Source: Myxococcota bacterium
Lineage (GTDB): Bacteria > Myxococcota_A > UBA9160 > UBA4427
Direction: 5' to 3'
Assembly: GCA_036336835.1 (NCBI GenBank)
Contig: JAYZFK010000038.1
Location: forward strand, 1-64,000
DNA length: 64,000 nt
Shown here: piece by piece, positions 57,896-64,000 of the stretch
Layout of the letters: each line of letters starts with the position of its first letter
Numbering within the stretch: the stretch's first letter is position 1
Made by a program: the position numbers and the translations under genes
The notes under the pieces: generated by a model
Told to the model about the DNA's origin: nothing
The model's database searches: none
The model's input: the letters and a program-made list of their open reading frames with translations, nothing else

Positions 57896-59136
57896 CACAG
57901 GTCCGGGCGCGTGTCGGGACAGGCCCAGGGCTCGTCGATCTCTTCGAGCTCGTCTTCGTCCAGCTCTTCTTCGTCGATCCACGGCGGCGTGTAGGCGCAT
58001 TGCACCCACTCGGCCGAGGCGAACTCGAGCACGTAGCTGCTGCCGAGGCCCTGGTAGTCGAAGGTGGGCGGCTCGAGCAGGCCGAGGGTGTAGACCACGC
58101 CGAAGCCGGTCCGCGGACGCGGCACCGACGCCAGGTCGCCCGCCTCGACGAGCTCCTCGAGCGAATCCGGATACACCTGCTCGCGCGCGAGATAGCGCTC
58201 GAGCGCCGAGATCACCTGCGGAGCGAGGACATACCGGCTGTGGGCGTGATCGCCGCTGGCCAGCGCGCCCCCCGTGAACACCGCGGCGGCGAGCACGATC
58301 CCGCCGACCAGCAGGCTGCGAGCCAGCGCCGCGCGGCGATCGGTCTCGAGCCTCCAGTGCGAGATGCCGAGCGTCAGCGCGAACGGCAGCAGCAGCCAGA
58401 GCAGCGGTGCGTGGAGGCCGAAGTGGAGCGCGATCCAGCCGCCGAGCCCCAGCGCCCCGACGAGAGCCAGGAGTGGCGAGCGACCGCGCCCCCCGGAGAG
58501 TGCGATCGCGAGCGCGAGGTAGCCGCCGGCCAGTGCGTAGCTCACCATGTCGAGGCCGAAGATCGAAACGGCCGGCCACGGCGAGAGGTTGAAGCGCAGC
58601 TGCGGATCCCAGCCCGTCATGTGGCGCATCGCCGCGATCGCCGCGAGCACGAGGGCGACGACGAGCCCGATGCGAAGCGCGGTCGGTGCGCGCAGCGCGC
58701 TGTCCGCGATCAGCGGGGTGGCGAGCGCAACCGCAACCACGAGACCCGTCGCAAGCAGCGTCAGCGTGCCCTGCCAGCCGAAGAAATCCCACGGCCCGAA
58801 GGCGTGGAGGCCGTAGAAATTGAGCAGGGTGCTGCACGTGATGGCGGCGATCGCGATCGTGCGCGCGACCACCGAGCGCGTTCCCGCGAACACGCAGATA
58901 CACAAAAGAATGGGAACGAGCGCGAGTGCCAGGACGTCCGCACCGACGAACGGCTCGCTGTTCAGCTCGCCCAGCCAGCTCGAGCGATGCAGGAAGCCGT
59001 TGGGCTGCCACCACGCGTCGCCTTCCGGTGTCGCCAGGCCGAGGTAGCAGGTGAAGACATAGGCGAGCGACAGCAGCGCGCTCGACCAGCCGAGCCAGAG
59101 CCGCCCGGTGTGACGGGCGGTGCGGTCACTGCTCAC
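57892..59136 (-). CDS. Polytopic membrane hypothetical protein with pseudopilin-like C-terminal segment
   Basis: Many TM segments; ALERYLAREQVYPDSLEELV; acidic tail. Confidence 0.7.
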   Translation of the reverse strand: MSSDRTARHTGRLWLGWSSALLSLAYVFTCYLGLATPEGDAWWQPNGFLHRSSWLGELNSEPFVGADVLALALVPILLCICVFAGTRSVVARTIAIAAITCSTLLNFYGLHAFGPWDFFGWQGTLTLLATGLVVAVALATPLIADSALRAPTALRIGLVVALVLAAIAAMRHMTGWDPQLRFNLSPWPAVSIFGLDMVSYALAGGYLALAIALSGGRGRSPLLALVGALGLGGWIALHFGLHAPLLWLLLPFALTLGISHWRLETDRRAALARSLLVGGIVLAAAVFTGGALASGDHAHSRYVLAPQVISALERYLAREQVYPDSLEELVEAGDLASVPRPRTGFGVVYTLGLLEPPTFDYQGLGSSYVLEFASAEWVQCAYTPPWIDEEELDEDELEEIDEPWACPDTRPDLW

Positions 59137-59537
59137 GCGTCGTCCTGATCGACCAGCTCCACGGAGACACGATCGTGGCTCGTCGCCTTCCCGTTCTCGC
59201 CCGCGAGCAGGCGCACGCGCGCGTTGATCTCGATCGTCCGGTTCTCGAACACCTGTCCGAGCAGCTCGGCGAGGTCGACGTTCTCGAGCGCGCGACCCAC
59301 CTCGCGCGCCACCGCGTCGCTGAAGTCGCGCCGCGTTCGCTCGCTCTGGTCGGCGGCGAAGTCGACCCAGTCCTGGGGAATCGTGTCGCCCAGCGCCCGG
59401 CGCAGGGCCTCTTCCGTGGTGAAGAAGCCCGACAGGCCGAGTGTGATCATGCGCCGAACCATGTCGGGAAGCGCACCACTGGGCAAGGGGCCCGCGTCGC
59501 CTTCGTCGGCGTCCGAGCGAGCGCGATCCTTCGTCAT
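59133..59537 (-). CDS. Conserved-looking hypothetical protein
   Basis: GLSGFFTTEEALRRALGD; stop overlaps the downstream start. Confidence 0.7.
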   Translation of the reverse strand: MTKDRARSDADEGDAGPLPSGALPDMVRRMITLGLSGFFTTEEALRRALGDTIPQDWVDFAADQSERTRRDFSDAVAREVGRALENVDLAELLGQVFENRTIEINARVRLLAGENGKATSHDRVSVELVDQDDA

Positions 59538-59567
59538 CGATCGACTCCCGTCGAGTAGAATTGCCGC

Positions 59568-59990
59568 ATGAGCACGGTCGTTCGCGACATCATGAAGCGC
59601 AAGGTCGTGACGATTGCTGCGGGCGAACGGCTGTCGACGGTCGAAGATATCATGACGCTCGGAGGGGTGCGTCACATCCCCGTGGTCCGGGGCGGCGACC
59701 TGGTCGGCGTCGTGACCGAGCGGGACCTGCTTCGCACCTCGCTGTCCAACCTCAACCAGTATGGTGCCGACGCGCGCCGGGCGTTCCTGAGTGCCGTCGA
59801 GATCGCCCGGGTGATGTCCAGTCCTCCGATCACGATCGAGCAGGCGGCACCCGTCAGTGAGGCGGCGCGGCAGATGGCCGAGCGCAAGATCGGCTGCCTC
59901 CCCGTGGTGGACGAGACCGGGCGCTTCGTCGGTCTGGTGACCGAGACGGATCTGCTGCGACACTTCGCGGGGCTGCCGCCCGCGCCCTGA
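59568..59990 (+). CDS. CBS-domain protein
   Basis: VRDIM, RHIPVV, KIGCLPVVD, GLVTETD. Confidence 0.93.
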   Translation: MSTVVRDIMKRKVVTIAAGERLSTVEDIMTLGGVRHIPVVRGGDLVGVVTERDLLRTSLSNLNQYGADARRAFLSAVEIARVMSSPPITIEQAAPVSEAARQMAERKIGCLPVVDETGRFVGLVTETDLLRHFAGLPPAP

Positions 59991-60131
59991 TCCCCACACC
60001 GAGCCGCCGCGCGCCGGCCAGCAGGCAGCCTCGCTCCCCGTGGGTCCGCTCAATTGCACTTCCCTGCGGGGTCGCATACGCTTGTCCCTCGGGGGTCGAC
60101 CGGTCCGAGGGCCGCGACCGCGAGGAACGCG

Positions 60132-60953
60132 ATGATCGAGACGATCCTCGTCGCAACGGACGGGTCCGAGGCGGCGTCGGGTGCAGAGCGCTTTGGAATT
60201 GCCCTCGCGGGGCGCCTGAAAGCGAGGCTTTCTGGCTGCACTGTGGTCGAGGACCGCGACATCCGGCCGCCCAATGACGGAGGGCTCGGGGTCCACGGCT
60301 TCCCCGAGGGCGAAGTTGGCAGCTACTACGGAAGCCGGGCCGAGGCGGCCGCGCGCCGCCTGTCGGCGCGCGCCCGGGCCGAGGGCTCGGAGGTGGCCTG
60401 CGAGACCGCCCGCGGGTCGGCCGACGACGCGATCGTCGCCCGCGCCCAGGCGACCGATCTCGCCGTGTTAGGTCGCGTCGGCAAGGGCGCGGCCAGCCGC
60501 AACGGCCTGGTCGGGTCCACTGTCGACGCGGTGCTGCGCAAGGCCTCGAAGTCCGTCGTGGTGGTTCCGCCGGGTGCCTCGCTCGCCGGCCCGATCGTAC
60601 TCGGCTTCGACGGATCTCCGGGCTCGCGCGTGGCCGCCCGGACCGCCGTGGAGCTGGCAAACCGCATGGGCGAGGCGGTCCACGTCTTCGTCGACTCGAA
60701 GGACAAGGGTCGCGCGGTCGCGCGGTTCGAGGAGGTCCGCCAGATCGTGGTCGGGCTCTCGGTGCCCGTGCGCGAGACCTCGTCGACGCTGGGGCGTCCC
60801 GACGTCAAGCTGGTCGACACGGCCAGAGAGGCCCGTGCAGGTCTGATCGTGATGGGTGCCTATGGCCGCAACCGCATCACCGACTTCTTCCTGGGCTCGA
60901 ACGCCGCCGCGGTGGCGCGCAACTCTCCCATAGCAGTCCTGCTCGCCCGCTAG
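60132..60953 (+). CDS. Universal stress protein (tandem Usp)
   Basis: [26 protein letters not shown]...LGS. Confidence 0.92.
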   Translation: MIETILVATDGSEAASGAERFGIALAGRLKARLSGCTVVEDRDIRPPNDGGLGVHGFPEGEVGSYYGSRAEAAARRLSARARAEGSEVACETARGSADDAIVARAQATDLAVLGRVGKGAASRNGLVGSTVDAVLRKASKSVVVVPPGASLAGPIVLGFDGSPGSRVAARTAVELANRMGEAVHVFVDSKDKGRAVARFEEVRQIVVGLSVPVRETSSTLGRPDVKLVDTAREARAGLIVMGAYGRNRITDFFLGSNAAAVARNSPIAVLLAR

Positions 60954-60955
60954 CC

Positions 60956-62026
60956 GTGGCGGCCTCGGCGACGCCCCTGGTTCTGTCGGAGCTGGCTGCG
61001 AAGCTGGGCTGCGAGCTGATCTCGGGCGGCGACACGCTGGTCTGCGGGGTGGCGGCGCTTTCCGATGCCTCGGCTGGCGATCTGTCGTTCGTGCGCTCCG
61101 AACGCTACCAGGCGGCGTTTGCCGCGAGCCGAGCCGGCGCGGTCATCGTCGGGACGGACGTCGACCCCGCCGGTCGCCCGGCGATCCGCGCCGCGGATCC
61201 GACCCGGGTCTTTTCGCGAGCGGGCGCGCTGCTGATCGCCCCGCCGCGCCCCGCGCCGGGGCGCCACCCGGGTGCACAGGTGGAGCCCGACGCCCTGGTT
61301 GACGCGACCGCGACACTGGGCCCCGGGGTCTACGTCGGGTCCGGCGCGCGAATCGGGGCGCGCAGCGTGTTGTACGCCAACGTGAGTGTCTACGGCGACG
61401 TCGAGGTCGGCGCCGATTGCGAGCTGCACGCCGGCGTGGTGCTGCGCGAGGGCACCCGCATCGGCGCGCGGGTGCGGCTGCAGCCCGGAGTGCTGGTGGG
61501 CGGCGACGGGTTCGGATTCCTGCCCGAGGATGCGGGACCGGTGCGATCCGTTCCGCAGGTGGGACGCGTCGTGATCGAGGACGACGTCGAGATCGGGGCC
61601 GGCACGACGATCGATCGGGCGACGCTCGGCGAGACGCGCATCCGACGCGGTGCCAAGATCGACAACCTGGTGATGATCGCCCACAACTGCGACATCGGAG
61701 AGGACGCGATCATCGTCGCCCAGAGTGGCCTGGCGGGCGGTACTCGCGTCGGGAGCCGTGCCATCTTGATGGCGCGCGTCGGCTCGGCCGGCCAGCTCGA
61801 GATCGGTGACGGCGCCTTCGTCGGCGCTCGTTCGGGGCTCCATCGAGACGTTCCGGCCGGTGGTCGCGTCTGGGGCAGCCCGGCGGTCGAGGAGCGCGCC
61901 TGGCACCGCGAGATCGCCGGGCTGCGCAGGCTGCCCGACGCCCTGCGGCGGCTGCGCCGGATCGAGGCGCGGCTCGGTCTGCGTCCGGCGCGCGGCCCGA
62001 GCGATGAGGGCGAGGGCGAGAGCTGA
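60956..62026 (+). CDS. lpxD: UDP-3-O-acylglucosamine N-acyltransferase
   Basis: Hexapeptide repeats; [27 protein letters not shown]. Confidence 0.96.
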   Translation: MAASATPLVLSELAAKLGCELISGGDTLVCGVAALSDASAGDLSFVRSERYQAAFAASRAGAVIVGTDVDPAGRPAIRAADPTRVFSRAGALLIAPPRPAPGRHPGAQVEPDALVDATATLGPGVYVGSGARIGARSVLYANVSVYGDVEVGADCELHAGVVLREGTRIGARVRLQPGVLVGGDGFGFLPEDAGPVRSVPQVGRVVIEDDVEIGAGTTIDRATLGETRIRRGAKIDNLVMIAHNCDIGEDAIIVAQSGLAGGTRVGSRAILMARVGSAGQLEIGDGAFVGARSGLHRDVPAGGRVWGSPAVEERAWHREIAGLRRLPDALRRLRRIEARLGLRPARGPSDEGEGES

Positions 62027-62820
62027 TGGAGACCGCCGCCGACTCGCTCGTCGAGCTTCGCTCGCGCGTCGAGGCGGTCGAGTCCGAGGCGGCGCTGCGC
62101 CGCTGGAGCCGCGCCCGGGCGGGCGCTCCCCGCGGCGGCGGGCGCCGGCGGGGCGAGCAGGGTGCGCGCCGCGCCCGCAAGCGCGGGGCCGCGCGACGAC
62201 ATCTGACCCGCCTGCTGGTCCGGCGCGACGCGCTGGTCGCGGGCGGAGTCGACAACGTCGCTGGCATCGACGAGGTCGGCGTCGGGCCACTCGCCGGGCC
62301 GGTGGTGGCGGCCGCAGTGGTGCTGCCCGGTCGGGTCGATCTGCTCGGACTCGACGACTCGAAGCGGCTGCGCCGCGCCGAGCGCGAGCGCCTGGCGCGC
62401 GCGGTGCGCGCCCAGTGTGTCGCTGTCGGGATCGGCGTGGTCGAGGTCGAGGAGATCGACCGCTTGAACATCTACCACGCGGCACTCGAGGCGATGCGCC
62501 GCGCCGTGGTGGCGTTGTGCGAGCACTGCCAGCCGGGTCACCTGCTGGTGGACGCGCGTACGGTGCCCGGCGTGGACGTGGCGCAGACCGCGGTCGTCCA
62601 CGGCGATGCGACCGACGCGTCGATCGCAGCGGCATCGATCGTGGCGAAGGTGTACCGCGACGAGCTGATGCAGCGGCTCGACGAACGCTATGCGGGCTAC
62701 GGCTTCGCGCGACACATGGGGTACGGCACCGCACAGCACCTCTGCGCCCTGCGCGAGCTCGGCCCCACGCCGATCCACCGCCGCTCGTTCGCGCCGGTGG
62801 CCGAGGCGTTGCGGGCGTGA
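62026..62820 (+). CDS. rnhB: Ribonuclease HII
   Basis: [45 protein letters not shown]. Confidence 0.95.
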   Translation: METAADSLVELRSRVEAVESEAALRRWSRARAGAPRGGGRRRGEQGARRARKRGAARRHLTRLLVRRDALVAGGVDNVAGIDEVGVGPLAGPVVAAAVVLPGRVDLLGLDDSKRLRRAERERLARAVRAQCVAVGIGVVEVEEIDRLNIYHAALEAMRRAVVALCEHCQPGHLLVDARTVPGVDVAQTAVVHGDATDASIAAASIVAKVYRDELMQRLDERYAGYGFARHMGYGTAQHLCALRELGPTPIHRRSFAPVAEALRA

Positions 62821-63836
62821 GCGACCTGCCGCGCATCCGCGAGCAGCCCGAGGACTTCGTCGTCGAGGAGCTCCCGCTCTACGCCCCGTGCGGCGACGGC
62901 GACCACACCTACCTGTGGATCGAGAAACGGATGCGGACCACCGAAGAGATCGCGCGCGAGCTTGCCCGCTGCATCGGCGTGCTGCCTCGCGAAGTCGGCT
63001 ATGCCGGCCGCAAGGACCGCAACGCTGTGACGCGGCAGTGGTTCTCGGTGCCGGGCCTCGCGCCGCACAGGGCGCGCTGGCTCGAGCTCCCGGGTGCGCG
63101 CGTGCTGGATGCGCAACGTCACCGCAACAAGCTTCGCACCGGTCACCTGAAGGGCAACCGTTTCGAGCTGCGGGTGCGCGGCGTGTCCGAGGAGCGGTTG
63201 GCGAGCGCGAAGGCGCGCGCCCGCGAGCTCGAGGCGCGCGGCATGCCCAACCGTTTCGGCGTCCAGCGCTTCGGACGCGACGGCGACAATGCCGAGCGCG
63301 GTCGCGCCCTGCTGGCCGGCGATTCGCCGCGCGGTGCCGGCGATCGGCGCGCGCGGCGCTTCCTGCTGTCCGCGCTGCAGTCGGCCGTGTTCAACGACGT
63401 GCTGGCGGAGCGCGCCGACGCGATCGGCGTCGTCGAGCTGGGCGACGTCGCAATGCTGCATACGTCGGGAGGGATGTTCGTGGTCGAGGACCTCGAGCAG
63501 GAGGCACCGCGCGCCGAAGCCTTCGAGATCAGCCCCACCGGACCGATCTTCGGGACGCGGATGCTCGCGGCGGCTGGTGCGGTCCTGGAGCGCGAGCGGG
63601 CTGCGCTCGAGCGCTGGGGGCTGCCCGACGTTGCGGCGCTGGTGCCGCCCCGCGGCATTCGCCTGCGCGGAGCCCGGCGGTCGCTGCGCGTGCCTCTCGT
63701 CGGGCTGTCGCTGCGCTCGGAGGGGGACGACCGTCTCTCGATCGAGGTTACGCTGCCTGCCGGCAGCTACGCGAGCGTGCTGCTCGAAGAGCTGATCGGC
63801 GACTTCGACGACCGGTCCGCGCCGGCGGTATCCTGA
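62817..63836 (+). CDS. truD: tRNA pseudouridine(13) synthase
   Basis: [47 protein letters not shown]. Confidence 0.95.
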   Translation: MSDLPRIREQPEDFVVEELPLYAPCGDGDHTYLWIEKRMRTTEEIARELARCIGVLPREVGYAGRKDRNAVTRQWFSVPGLAPHRARWLELPGARVLDAQRHRNKLRTGHLKGNRFELRVRGVSEERLASAKARARELEARGMPNRFGVQRFGRDGDNAERGRALLAGDSPRGAGDRRARRFLLSALQSAVFNDVLAERADAIGVVELGDVAMLHTSGGMFVVEDLEQEAPRAEAFEISPTGPIFGTRMLAAAGAVLERERAALERWGLPDVAALVPPRGIRLRGARRSLRVPLVGLSLRSEGDDRLSIEVTLPAGSYASVLLEELIGDFDDRSAPAVS

Positions 63837-63862
63837 CGGGCCGCCAGGCGTCGGGAGGAAGC

Positions 63863-64000
63863 ATGCGCATTGCCAAGGACGTCTCGGAGCTGATCGGGCG
63901 CACGCCGCTGGTTCGCCTCAACCGGGTGGCCGATGGCATCGACGCCACGATCGCCGTCAAGCTCGAGAGCCGCAATCCTGCTTCGAGCGTCAAGGACCGC
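63863..64000 (+). CDS. cysK: Cysteine synthase, N-terminal part
   Basis: [18 protein letters not shown]...[14 protein letters not shown]; runs off the window. Confidence 0.9.
   Translation, partial: MRIAKDVSELIGRTPLVRLNRVADGIDATIAVKLESRNPASSVKDR

Noticed and set aside
1..64000. CRISPR arrays, tRNA/rRNA, transposases/integrases, defence or secondary-metabolite core genes
   Set aside because: No spaced repeats, cloverleafs or diagnostic motifs found by eye; intergenic gaps are all short

Overview
High-GC window from a Gram-negative bacterium (lpxD, TonB receptor). Gene content resembles Myxococcota or other former deltaproteobacterial lineages, which is an inference. It is densely coding, with about 58 genes. 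Contents: a cobalamin riboswitch ahead of a btuB-like receptor; a GT2 and three GT-C-like membrane glycosyltransferases; many lipid/steroid-type catabolic enzymes (acyl-CoA ligase, 3 LLM oxidoreductases, fused ACAD, double CoA-transferase, SDRs, carboxyltransferase); two sulfatase-fold and two SGNH genes; a Cu/heme cluster; the ccsA-hemA-hemC-cobA/hemD-hemB operon followed by a QueG/reductive-dehalogenase-like Fe-S protein; and housekeeping genes (rsmE, def, trxA, lpxD, rnhB, truD, cysK). Signals the ORF track misses: (1) a selenocysteine-recoded, Cys-free BCP peroxiredoxin (in-frame TGA at 11787 plus a SECIS-like hairpin) behind a MAPEG gene; (2) a deletion scar joining a ChsH2-like N-terminus to an Ltp2-like C-terminus; (3) about nine apparently leaderless promoters; (4) a probable ATT-initiated, Thr-type sulfatase; (5) a 43-aa DUF5989-like gene. 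No tRNA, rRNA, CRISPR array or mobile element was seen. All family calls come from motif recognition, not database searches.
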